Shown here: one piece after another, positions 13,017 to 26,000 of the stretch
Layout: every line of letters begins with the position of its first letter
Numbering within the stretch: position 1 is the first letter of the stretch
Assembly (NCBI GenBank): GCA_964057225.1
Contig: OZ059898.1
Coordinates: forward strand, 11,470,001 to 11,534,000
Length of the DNA: 64,000 bases
Direction: 5' to 3'
From: Auanema rhodensis
Taxonomy: Eukaryota; Animalia; Nematoda
The notes under the pieces: model-generated
Seen by the model: only the letters and a program-made list of their open reading frames with translations
Databases searched by the model: none
What the model was told of the DNA's origin: nothing
Program-made: the position numbers and the translations under genes

Positions 13017-13040
13017 CACGCATATCTCCTACGGCGCAAC
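13017..13040 (+). promoter_or_regulatory. Conserved upstream element (PSE-like) of snoRNA copy 1
   Basis: CACGCATATCnnnTACGnCnCA starts exactly 74 nt before the C box. The same motif and spacing precede copy 2 (13361), although the intervening DNA has diverged. Confidence 0.5.
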
Positions 13041-13084
13041 AAACCATATTGAATTTTAAATTACACTGACATTATAGCAATAAA

Positions 13085-13157
13085 ACGTATATGACGACAA
13101 ACTGGGTCCTTCTGATTTAATTGATGCATAGGAAGCATTCAAACTGCTCTGATGCGT
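13085..13157 (+). ncRNA. Box C/D snoRNA-like gene, copy 1
   Basis: Terminal stem ACGTA/TGCGT; C box ATGACGA (13091); D' CTGA (13112); C' TTGATG (13121); D box CTGA (13149). The sequence AAACTGGGTCCTT before D' is identical in both copies. Confidence 0.75.
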
Positions 13158-13360
13158 ATTTGCTAAAAATTGAAAGTAAAGTAATAGCTGTAAGCTTGCT
13201 TGGATATTTTGAACGATCACCGAAAAGTTTTAATTTAAAATACAAAACAGAAAATTCAATGAAATGTCCATATTTTTCTTTTTTTTGTAAAGTTAGAATC
13301 CTGCACTACCTTAAGAAATTACTTTCTCACCTTTATATATGAAACCAAATCCAGTTTTCT

Positions 13361-13384
13361 CACGCATATCGGATACGACACAGC
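13361..13384 (+). promoter_or_regulatory. Conserved upstream element (PSE-like) of snoRNA copy 2
   Basis: CACGCATATCggaTACGaCaCA, starting 74 nt before the C box at 13435. Confidence 0.5.
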
Positions 13385-13428
13385 TATCAGCGTTGTTTTT
13401 GAAATGAGTTTTCCTTTTCAGCAATAAA

Positions 13429-13501
13429 ACGTATATGAAGAGAAACTGGGTCCTTCTGAATCTGTTGATGCATTGAAAGCACTCTAACTGCTCTGATGCG
13501 T
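13429..13501 (+). ncRNA. Box C/D snoRNA-like gene, copy 2
   Basis: Paralog 344 nt downstream of copy 1. Stem ACGTA/TGCGT, C box ATGAAGA (13435), D' CTGA (13456), C' TTGATG, D box CTGA (13493). Substitutions fall almost entirely in spacers; one is in the variable middle position of the C box. Confidence 0.75.
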
Positions 13502-15914
13502 ATTTGTTATTGCTTTGAGTTACATGTTTTTTTTCTAGAAACCTATCTGTAGATTTGTATGATAGTATTTTTGTATTCGTAGTTTGGTATTGCTTGTGAC
13601 TTACCTATAGCGTGTAATGTAATACGATCAGTGATAAATCAAGAATTTGAAGCTGAAGGTATTATCTTGTTTCTTTTTTTGTTTTCTAAAATGATTAAAA
13701 TATATCATTGCAGGCGTTTAATAAAAGAACAACAAAGATTACAAAAACTAATAATTATTTCCTATTTTCGTCAATTAACTGATCGTCAACTTGATGAAGG
13801 TTTAGAATTTACTAATGTTTTTGATTATATGTTACTGTAAATGTACGATATTCAAAGGCACATCATCATTGAATTATTTTTCATTTTCTGTTGACGTTTC
13901 ACGTCAACCGGTCGTTTTCTGCTCAATCTCTTCAACTGATTCGAAAAATTGCAAACTTCTGAACGGTTGTAATAACATTGAGATGTATTTTGAAAAGGTC
14001 TTCTTTATTGAATATCCAGGTAGGAATTTTTTAATTTTCATAACGTTCTCTGTTTTAACACTTAAAAACTGGTATTGCCCTTATTACTAATGTTTTTTAC
14101 TGTTTTTTTAAATAGTGTGCGTCTTCTAACTGTGGAAATATACTCAAATGTTACTTATTTTGGCTTCTTTTCCGATATAGTTTGTTATATTTCGTTATAT
14201 TCACGGAAACCAGTCGAAAAATTGGTAAAAAGTCTATTGAAAAAAGCTAGTTAGCTGCAGGATCAGAATGATTGACCTACGATGTCTGGATGAAGCAGTT
14301 GAGAGTGAGCATTCTAATGTTTTGGGATAATACGTTATCCTTATCATATGAAGTGCTACATGTATCACACATTCAGTAATTCGAATGTTTTTTTATTTCT
14401 TCTTCCTTTTCTCTACATCTCACTTTTCCACCCTACTTTCCCTGTCTCACGTTTTGTTCTCTATACACCAAATCTCTTTTACCCCGGTCCCTCTCTTGCA
14501 TGTCGCTATCTCACTGCACTGTCTTAGTCTTCGTCCTTTTTCTTCTAAGTCTCCGTCTTCGTCTATGTGTTGCCTGTCTGGTAAACCTGTCTTCATCTAA
14601 CTGGGACCTCAGGCAGAAATACCAGCAACTGCCGCCCTTCTTCTGCCTGCCAACACTATCATCACCATAGTCATCATTATTCTACCACCTTCATCACTAT
14701 AACTGTCATTTATATTTCTGATGGCCTTTTTTTGTCATTTCACTTGTTAGTTCTTTTCCTTTTCTAAACATCATGAACTTAATCTGATCTTCTACGGTAT
14801 TTATGTTTACCTATCTATAGCTTTCATACATTCTACTCGATTACTTGAATAAAGTTTTGAACTTTTTCTCGACAATTATCGAAAAGTTTGCGGTTTTTCA
14901 TCCGCCTGGTTCAACTCCTTTTGCTTAACATGTTTCGAACATTGTTTCTATCTCTCAGGACTGAAAAATTCCATCATGATCAAAATCAAAATTGTGTCCG
15001 TTCACTGTATTACTATGAAGCAGACAGCATATGATTTCTGGGGAAATATATGCTTTCATTTCTATTAGTGTTCTTAAAGATAGAAAGAAATAGATATATG
15101 TATATATAAAGAGATAAAGAGAGAGAGAAAATGTAAAAGATAAAGAGAGATAAAAAGATATTCAGCCGGCGATAATGAATTAAAGAGGGTAAGAGTAAGA
15201 GAGAAAAATGAGAGAGATAGAGAAAAAGAGAGAGAGGGGAAGGGAGGGAATGATGACTAGATAAATTGAGAGATTTTAGGAGAAACATAGGAAAGTTATT
15301 GATATAGAGGATCATAGATAGAAAGAAAGGAGTTGTCAGATGAAAGAAAAATAGAAATGGCATATAAATGCAATAGAAATGATTTAAGTCCATCATATTC
15401 AGAATCAAATCGGTAGGTAGCTTATTCTTACACTCATCGATAAAGGTTATGACCTGGAGACAGCCGACAATCATTGCTAGGTGTCATTACCCACCTTCTG
15501 TTCAACTGCTTTTCAAAACTTTCCACTCAAATGTTTTGATCATCAACCATTTTCGATGTGAAGCCTGATGTTTATCATCAATTTTCAGGCCAATTGAAGC
15601 CCATTTCCTCTCCTAATATCAGCTTTGCATCGACTCATGAAACAGACTTCTCCTGAAAATATTCTCTATGACTCATTTCGGGCATATCTTGAAAGCGTTC
15701 TCTATCAATTTCTTCTGTTCACGTATATCTTTTATTTTGTTTTTAACTTTGAAAATTTGACCTTTTTGGAATATTCTTCTTAATTTTTCATTTTCACGAT
15801 AATTTTAATTTCTGAATATCCCGCCTTCTTTTTCTTCGTACATACATGCATACACATGATCCTAGTAAATATTTATTGTTCACGCTGTAATGAGTAAACA
15901 AGTATCAAGCGTCC

Positions 15915-15916
<2 letters not shown>

Positions 15917-15960
<44 letters not shown>
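15917..15960. repeat. (CT)n microsatellite
   Basis: About 22 perfect CT units. Confidence 0.95.
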
Positions 15961-15966
<6 letters not shown>

Positions 15967-18900
15967 TTTTTCTCTCTCTTTCTTTCTACCCCTCCCCCTC
16001 TGTCTCTCACCATATGAGAGAAATTTTTATGAAATCATATCATTGAGTCAGTTTTAACCGAAGGTTTGAGCATCTCAAGTTGGAATCTCAATGCAAAACT
16101 TTTGTAATAAATATTGTTTGATCGTTTTTGTTCTCTTTCTCATGTATCATAGATTAAAAAAAAGCTTTGATTCGTCCTTTTCCCCTTATGCTATGTGTAA
16201 ATTTGGGACAAAACAATCAGATTAGCTCTAATCGACTCGAACCAAAAAAAATTTAATCATATTCCCACTGTTTCTCAATGATCTCTCCGATAAAGTGCCG
16301 ACGGTATATTATTGAATAATCTTATTAAAATGCGGGATGTCGTCTTAATTAATGTTTATCAGCTTAATCACACAGTGTGAGATCAAAAACAAAACTGTGT
16401 GAAAAAGAGAGTTTAAAAAGAAGAGAAAAAATATAAGAGGGAATAGAGAGAGATGGAGATAGAGGGAGAGACAGCGAGATAAAGTAGAACCAAAGATATC
16501 TTATTGTCTTTGTCAGAGGAAAGGAAAAGAGAGCTCAAACGGAAACGGATGTATCGATCAATATGATATGATTTCTCCGTCTTTTTCTGCAGAAAGAACA
16601 GGAGAAAAATATGAAACCCTGTCCAGTTTCAATCGATTTGAAATAGGAAAGCAGAGGGCGAGTGACCTCTGTAATTTATCAGAGTCAGGCTCGTCAAGAC
16701 TTCTTGTAGCTTCATCTAATCCTTACATCTCTAGCTCTACTATAACTGCTGCATCACTGAATCTTAACTCCTCTCTTGTCATCATGTAGCTTAATCACAT
16801 TACACTTAACTATTCGAACCTTGAATAAACAAAACGTTTTTTTTTTAGCAAGTAATATACTATATGATTCTTTTGCTTCTATCAGAGCTATAACTGAAAG
16901 TCTAGAACTTATGTTTATATGTTTGTGTGTGTGTGTGAGAGAGCGAGAGACGAAATAGGCTCAATATGCTTTGTGAAGCTCCACATCTGTTGCTGTTGAA
17001 GTGTCGTTTCTTCTATTTTCAGAAGCAAAAATAGGTCTTCGACGTTACTTTCATCAACAACTCATTCGTTTTATCCTCAGGCACTTCAAGATGATTATTC
17101 AATCCATAACTTACACATTCCTCTAGCTCAAATTTAAAGGTTTTTCTTATTCCATTGATCATTCTGATTGAGTAGAATGTCCTAGACATTTGTGCAAATA
17201 AGTGAATATTTGGCAGAAAATGTGTTTTTTTTTTGGAGGTTCATCAACCGATGTAACAAGCTCCAATCAGTTGGACTTTACGGACATGCCATGATGTCTG
17301 GCAAACTAAGGTGTTTCCTTCGCCATCTAAATATTATAGAAAGGTTTCTATTATGAACTTTTTGCTATTGATTAGCTTTTAATCATTTTAGTACACAACT
17401 AACTAAGTCTTATAAAATGATAAAAAGATAAATATGCCATGACTATCCAATATTTTAAATTTATTATTCTGTTTATTTCTGCACTTTTGACTTATTTTCA
17501 TGAATTTTCTCCATTTTCGGTTGCTTGCGTGCTGACCTTATAACAGAGATCCTTGCTGTATTTTGACAGTATGTGGTCCAGATTGAACTCAAGAGAAAAA
17601 AAAAGAAAACTGACAGATGCTGTGTGGAATGGATTAGAGTGGATGTATCTTAAGCCTTCTATAGCGGATGGGCTTAGGAACAGGTGAATGAATGAACCAG
17701 TAAACATGAAGAAAAGTAGAAGGACAATTGGAAGAATGAAATGAAGAAGTTTTTCCTCAATATTTTGAAAGCGGTTATGTCGTTGAGGTATGAGGCTTAA
17801 TACCTTGGGCACCATAACGAAATGTGAGGCTTCGGTGATGAGAGGTGTGAGAAAGGCAATATAGGGGGTAGAAAGGAGGAGAAAAGGATGACAGATAACA
17901 ATACAAGTCAGAATAAAGAAAGAGAAGGGAGAGAGAGAAACAGAGAGAGAAAGAAAGAGAGAGAGAGACCAAAGAAGCGGAAGAAAGCGTGAAATAATTG
18001 TGCGAAAGCAAAGTTAGAAGAACAAATTATAAACAGAAAGAATAGCAATGCATCGGTGAAAATGAAGATGGTCGAGGATTTGAAGAAGATATGGAAAGTA
18101 GTTGGAATAAAGAAAGAAAATGAAGTTGTTGCAAGAGAGAGAGAGAGATATTGAGAGAGAAAAGAACACATTTGTCCGCAACCAACTAGCTATCCTCCCT
18201 TGCATTTCGTCTTATTCGGCTGTCCATTTTTGGTCATATGCATATTGCCTGAGAGAGATAGAGAATGAATGAATATGGTGAGCGACTTGAAGTTTTTTCA
18301 GCTATTTCAATCACATGTTTATATGTTTCTCTAGTTTCATCTTAAGAAATGAGCATATTTCCGTACATATTCACTGTTCTAACAGTTGGCATATGTATAT
18401 CTTAATATTCCATGAAGTCATAATGCTTCTCACTCTCTATCTTTCTCATCCTTTCTCTTTATTTTCTTTTCTTTTTTTCTTTTTAATTCATTCTTTCTAT
18501 TTGTGTATAGAAACTATCTTTCTCCTGATTTGTTCAATGAGACTATCAACGTCTTGATCTATCAATGATTGTGATACATAAGTTTGAACACGATTCAAGA
18601 TTGATCTTCTCTCCAACTTAATCTCCAACTCTCTTAACAGCTTCCCTCATTTAATTTCTCGTTCGAGTGATGTTTCTCTATTAATTTTCTCGACCAGCTG
18701 ACATGACGGTCATTGTGTGTTTCGAAAAAGAGCTTCCCAAATGTCCAGTTCTCGTTCGTTTTTGTTGTTTCTTGCTATATCATAGGCAAATTCTTTATGT
18801 TCCATGCAGTATTTATTATTTATTTTCTCCAGTATTAACAAACAGCAGCCAACAAACTACGGAGCCTATTTTAATTTTTTCTTCTCCACTTAAGGATATA

Positions 18901-19779
18901 TTTCGCTTTTCTAACAGCCTACTTCAGTTTATAACTCATGTATTATGTTATTTAATTTATTTTATCTTTTCTAAACAAAAATGCTTCATTAGTAATACGA
19001 AAGAATAATCATTTTCTGATATTTTCAAATTATTTCATTTATCTCTCTCTCTCTTCCCCCCCCCCCTTCTCTCTCTCTCTCTCTTTGTATTGGTTTCATG
19101 TGTTTTGCAATTGATAAATCAGTCAATCTGCAATTGAAGTAGAGAATTGAATGGACACCAACTCTCTGATATATATAGAAGCTTAATAAACATTTATGGT
19201 TTATGATTCAATACCAATGATTTGTATGTATGTCTGTTGTCCCTTCCATCTTACCACTATCTAATGCATTCACTTGCTTTCTCTTTATCTCTTCATCTCT
19301 TACAATCTTTTTTCTACAAACTTTTTCTCTAAGTTACGTATTCACATAGTTATTAAGCATTTCTACTGAATATGTGATTTAAAAATTTTACGTGAATTTA
19401 TTATTTTTTTTCTCCGCAATGTTCATATACACGACTGCATCTCTCACATCGGCTTGCTCGCATATAGTCTGTCTTGAGCAATAAGCTTTCTGTTTAGACT
19501 TCATAAATCGTGAGTTCGTAAGTGAACAGAAGAATGAGAAACAGAGCAGAAAAACGCTGTCCATTTTTCTATCTCTACTTTATTGTTTTATTAAATTGAA
19601 AAACATACTGAAAAGGTTATTTAATCGCTTTTCCAATCATTTTGTCAACGATATGCAAGCCTTTTCTCGTGCTTCTATCAATTGCAAATGGCTTGAACGC
19701 TTTTGATCAATTGTTTTTCTCAGATTTCTAAACTATCTTCAAGAGATTTGTGTATTGAATGACTAATTGAATAAGTGAA

Positions 19780-19905
<126 letters not shown>

Positions 19906-22788
19906 AAAAAGAGAACTTTATGTATCATCAGGATAGTTTTCAAGATCTCCATATAGATGATGAGCAATCAACACTCATTTCTCTTTAATGAGCATTATTA
20001 TGAGCCATATGCAAAATGGTATAATGAGTCTGTATATATAACATATAGATTTATAAATCTTCTGATCTATCTATATAGTTTGCTAGCAAGCATTTATCTA
20101 TTTTGTCCTTTGTCCTTTTTCGATCTTCCATATGCTGAAACATGTGATCATATGCACGTGATGCAAACCTCTGACACTATGTTAACCACATCATCATTGT
20201 CGTTATGTCGTTGTACTGCATTGTCTAACAATGTACTCATTCATATACATCAATAGTTGGCAAAGTTCAAAGGTTTTATTGAATTAACAGCATTATTTGT
20301 TCAAATAATTACTAAATAAGTCTGAGTATTATATTGAAAAAAGAAGAGGAAATGAAAAGAAACAAGAAGAAGACGAAGAAGAAAAGGAATAGTAATGCTT
20401 CATATTAATATCGAAACTTAATATGTATGTATATTTGTAATGTAAAATCCAGATTTCAAATAGAACATTACTGGTCATGAGAGGATGGAAGAGGAACAGC
20501 AGTTTTTATGCCCACTCGTTACAAGTTAATAACTAGTTAGAACTTACACATATGTTGCTGGACCCTTGGACATTGAATGCTGAACCAATTTCTCCCCCCA
20601 TGCAACCATATTTCTATGAAATTATACCTAGTTTGGCGTATTGTTTTCTTTAAATCTTTTATCTTTTGCTGTTTGATAACATTCAACAGCTCGTATTCTA
20701 TATTATTTTAAAAATAAATTATGTTAATTTACAAGTATGTCTCACGTGCGTGTAGTGATGAGAATAGTACGCATTTCCATTATGGCATATGCAAGTGCAT
20801 AGAGCGGTTGTATTTCTCTCACTCGTCTTGTGCTACTTCATTCGCATCTGCCTATTACTCTACCTCGCTCTAACGTACTTTCTCTCCTTCTATGCATTCT
20901 CTTTAACACAATTTTTCTAGTGAACTAGATATGTCTATGAATGTACATATAATTTGGCTAAATAGATTTTGCTGTAAATCTGTCTGGAAGGTTAAACACA
21001 AAAGAAAACATCATCCATAATCTACATATGTGTGCATACAGGCGAATAATTACTCCTAACTTGATGTATTTCCAATTAGCTGACGTTTTTTCGTCGCATC
21101 TTTGCAAGTTGTATGAGTTGAGTTTGTGTTGTGGCAAGGCTCCTGATGAGATTGATGACATCAAGATCATCTTACACACCCCTGCCCCACCTGCATATAG
21201 ATTCTCACAATGATTGTTTGTTTTGTTGTATGCCAGACTGCTTTCCATCTGTTCATCTCATCATATATGGACTATGTACTAGAGTTGACTGTGCTTCAAT
21301 AGAAGATCAAGGTACATCTTTCTTTCGACAATCATGTAGCTTATAAGCAATAGTCACCTCATTGTACTTTGTTAACTTTCACTCCATATGTCCTCTCATT
21401 CTTTTTGCGTTTCATGTCCTTTTTTACTCCACCCAACTTGATGAAGTGCTAAAATCCAAGTTCTGTTCTTCTAGGTCATACAGCTTCTTTATTCTGTTCA
21501 CATGTTCCAGAAGAAGTTTGTTCTTTTTCTATATATTTGTTTCAATTTTTTTCGGAAATAGAAGTTTGAATGTTGGATACTCATCAAGCTTTATTTCATT
21601 TATTGTCGCCTCGGTGTCATCTTACAACTTAGAATTTACTATGCATATAGTAAAAGAGATTTATCATTTCTTTTTCTTCTTTTCTCTCTTATATGATATA
21701 TATCTATATATCTATCTAACTATATATATATTTGAATATACTTAAATATCATTTTATTTGAACAGAAATTTAAAAAATAATTCTATTTTTCCTTTCTATT
21801 CAACTGGAATTACATATGTATATCACGTTATACATTCACATTATTTTATTTATCTATCTATCTATCTATCCATGTATGCTCGATTCACATTTCGCTTTGT
21901 TCAAATCAAAATATATCTGTTTTGGATAAATTTTTTTGAGCTGCTATTGAAGAAAGCAACATTTCTGCATTGACATCTGATCATTTTTCTTCAATTTAAC
22001 TGTTAATTTTCCAATTAACTTCTCCTTATTTTCTTCTTCTAGCTCATATTGGCTTTATCTTAACCCTGCTTTGCAATTCCCTTAGCTATGTAGCTTTCAA
22101 GATAGAGATTCATACAACAATCAGTCTTCGATGGCTTCCCGCCCTCCTGACCGCAACTAATTAGCTGATGACCCTTCCACTATATTCAGCATTCTCTCAC
22201 TAACTTCATCTTGTTTCTTGTGTAAATGACTTTAAATCTCGAAATTGTTATTACATATTCTACGTTATTTCCTTTTTTAACGTCTATTTTCTGTTTACAA
22301 TAGAGAAAAAAGGTTGGAAAAGCCATTATAGTCCATGGAAAAAACGAAAGATAACAATACACTCTTCGTCACATAACATCAATTTGAACTTTTTCTTAAT
22401 TTTTGAGGATAATTTAATATTTTCATTAATAATATTGCATATTTTACTATTTATAGTAAAAAATGTGTCTATTAGAATTGTTTTTCCACTTTATTTTTCT
22501 CATGTATAATTAAAAGTTCGACTGGGAGCAGTTTGATTGACTAAGTCGTGTTTCAATTTCTTTTTTTTTTGTTATAATCTTTGAAAGAAAAATGATATCA
22601 ACTGATAAACACTAGGAACTCATCTCAATGCCAATAACGAAAAGCTAGATTAAGGACTTTTCGTCCTAAATCTTTATCGTTGAAATATATAAAAAGCTGA
22701 AAATTTTTTGAGAGCGTCAGCTATTTGATGGACAGGTTGATTGGTATATTCTATGTTTGATTGTCTGTTACATTGGTTTCAGGATAGT

Positions 22789-23008
22789 TGAGATACAACA
22801 TCGATTTCTCTGCTTTAGCACAGCTCTCAAATACTTTTTTGTTTCAAACATATCATTTTGAATATTCCCTTATCTTCGTGATTAGGCCCAATGTTTTCTT
22901 CGTTTTTGTCTTTTAAAAAACTGAAACGATATATGTTTTTTTTTATATTTTTGAAACAAAAAGTTATTGAGAGCTGTGCTAAAGCAGAGAAATCAATGTT
23001 GTATCTCA
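22789..23008. mobile_element. MITE-like foldback element (~220 bp, ~60 bp terminal inverted repeats)
   Basis: The left arm TGAGATACAACATCGATTTCTCTGCTTTAGCACAGCTCTCAA... is the near-perfect reverse complement of 22967-23008 (one mismatch in 42 nt), extending imperfectly to ~60 nt. The AT-rich interior has no credible coding capacity. No clear target-site duplication. Confidence 0.65.
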
Positions 23009-26000
23009 TATCAAGTTAAACAGTTTGTAGTTTCAAGTTTTAAGCTTTAAGAAAAACTAATTATAATGAATATATGAATTTCAACACTCTAATCTTCTCC
23101 TACATATCTTTCTATTGAAATTAATTAGTAAAGAAAAACATTTTTTAGCTGATGAATATTTATTCAAATGTGTGAAAGATGTCACTTGTCATTTTAAGGT
23201 GACAAATACATGAGCCGGTTGTATCACCTACCTGAAGATGTGGCAAGTTGTTAAAATCTTCCTGTTTGTCTAGTTGTAAATTATTCAGAGAAATTACGAA
23301 TGTTAGAAAAAGGTAAATTTCAACATTTCTTTCTACGAAAGTTAAAAGCTTTACCCAAATACGGAGAAAAAGAGAGAGAGAGAACGAAAGAGAGAATGGG
23401 GTTCTCTTAGAGAATACCACACGATTTTCACGATGTCTGATCGTTCACTATACTTCAATGGAATGTTTTAAGAATAGCCATTGCTTGGGTAGAAACAGCA
23501 GCATATATCCGTTTGTACAAGAATGAAAGAATCACACAAATGAATGTGCTTGACCATTCACCAAGTAGATATACAACTTGGCTTCAGCTTTAAAACGATT
23601 ATTACTCATGTCGTAATAGTCGTTTTCAGCTTGAGAGATGAAAACGCTGTACATGTATAGAAACTGAGTGAAGCCATGGTTGCCATGCTCTATGTCTTAG
23701 TCTCATCACGAAAGATTCATAACGTTTCCGACTTTTAATCCGATATGTCTTATATCGTACCCTTCTCCCTCAATCTCTCTCTCTCTCAATATATATACAT
23801 ATATCTTTTCTCAATTTCACTTATTTTTCTGTTGAGAAGAAAACAAAGCATATACTAGCTATGAGGAAACAGACGAAAGAAGGGCATGCATGATAGGAAG
23901 ACAAGAAAATGAAAAACTTCAACTTAGCTTCAGAATTAGCTAGTTGAATGATGATGATTGTCGTCGCTTGCAATAGATTGAATTGTTTTGTTTTCGATGA
24001 TACAACCAACGCTAAAGCCTAATCAGATACACAACGGTTAGTTTTTTTGAGTTAGAACTGCATTCAAAGGATTCGTTTTATTACTTTTTTTTCTTTTTCT
24101 TTCTTTCTTTATCTTTGTTTTTCTCTGCCATCTTTTCTTCTTTCATCTTTCTCACCATTTTTCTTTCGAATATCCCTCAAGCCATTTTTTCTACTTTATT
24201 TGATTTATTAACGTGTTTTTGAACTCACATCATTTTCATAAGTTAGAAATAAAATATACGTGCATGCAGAATGGTTGCATTTACTTGCTTTTATTGAAGT
24301 TTTCCTTACAAACTCTAGCTTTCTATCAACATTTTTGCTCGCCCTCTCCCTGCTATTCATACGTTGTTTCGCTTTCTTTTCCTTTCTCTCACACTCACAT
24401 TTCCTTTTTTTCGTGTTCTTCTTGTAATATCTCCGTCTATTTGTTTCCAAAGCAATATTCATTTTTATGAATCCATACATGATCGTATGCTTAGAAGTTT
24501 ATTGAAGATTAGATAGTTATGATGAAACTTCCAGCATTCATATGTATATCTGTATCATTGTCACTTGATTCTTTTCTACGTTCTCGAAGACTATAAGCTT
24601 ATTTGAACATACAAACCTTCATAATATCTGCCAAATGTCTTCTTGAAAATCGAAAAATCTCGCCAAATTTTAACGGCATTTGCCCTAGTAGTTGCAGAAT
24701 CCACATCTATTTTCAACTTTTCTAACAACATTTTGGTTCAATTTCATCTTTTTTTTACCACTAATTTTACTTTATTGCAGTCTTCGCTTTTGTTTTTCAA
24801 TCTGCGTGAACTTTTTTTTGAAGAAGTACTTCGCCTATCTGCTGATCAAAATTCTCGTTATCCATTCGATTTCCTTTTCTGTTTCATTTACGTTGTTTGA
24901 CATCCGGATTATTATACTATATATACATATATAGTTAAGTTATTGTCATGAAATAATTATCTATATCACAGTTTATTTGATATTTTTCACTCCGTAAACT
25001 GTGAAAATGGCTTGATGATACTAAGCCACTTTTTCTTTTCACATTCAATCATAGATTTTTCTGAATTTTTCCTCTGTTCGTATGCAGAGAAATAGTTTAA
25101 AGTCTCCTAATCTATTCCTATCTCGCTTATAACTTGTGTTCTTTTTTTCTTTTTTTTTCTTCAAATACAGTTTGATAAGATACTTTGAACTTTAGCAAAA
25201 TTTATATTTCTCTTCCATTAAACGGTGTTCGTTGGTTCAGCTGTGTGAACTTGTCATTTCGTTTCTTCTATCCTGAATATTGGCTTGATTGCTTTGACTC
25301 ACCTCTCGCTATATATTAGCCTTTTACGAATGAATATTAATAGGTTTTCAAAGAAAAAAAGCTTTTGTGTCAGTTAGATTCATCATGCCAGTTATTAGAT
25401 CTTGAAGGAAATTTATTTTTTGTTTTTTTCTTCACCCTCTAGCTATCGAGAGATTGAAGGAAAAATTCCTGTACAATGTTTATAGGCTCCATGGCACGAG
25501 TTGAAACGCTTTAGTCATTCTCTAGTTTTTTCTTTCTCCTTCTCGTCTTCTTGTTCGTCATCTTGGCTTTTCAGTCTCTTTTTAACGAAACTGTTTGTTG
25601 AGATTGCATCCAAATCATGATGAACCTTCCTGTTAAGCCGTTTTCTAAAGTTAAACTGCGAGCAGGACAGGTGCATGAAGGCAGCCACCTTATCAGCTGT
25701 CTCTCCCTCCCATCTATTACTCTTCTTCTTTTCTCTCTCCAGCCTTTTGCCTTTCATATTTCTTTCCATCTCCCTGCCTTTCTTTTTCTTTCTTGACTAT
25801 TTTTCCTTTTATCTTTCTCCTATCAGTGACTGCAGTTATTCTCATCCATAGATGACCTTAGGTGACCAGTAGCATTGTGTTTCATGTCTGATCTTTGTCA
25901 TTTTCCTATTTATTCCGTCTTTACTTGAAAATGTTTGAGATTTTCTAAGTATTTGCTGCTAGCTTCCAATCGTTTTTTTCATAAACGACTCATTCATCTT

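Noticed and set aside
13077-13506. CRISPR-like or transposon direct-repeat reading of the duplicated ~85-nt segment
   Set aside because: There are only two copies in eukaryotic DNA, and the C/D box architecture explains the conservation pattern.
14609-14649. CAGGCAGAA...TTCTGCCTG inverted repeat, and the hairpin at 50516-50542
   Set aside because: Stems of 8-9 bp are expected by chance in 64 kb and have no other support.
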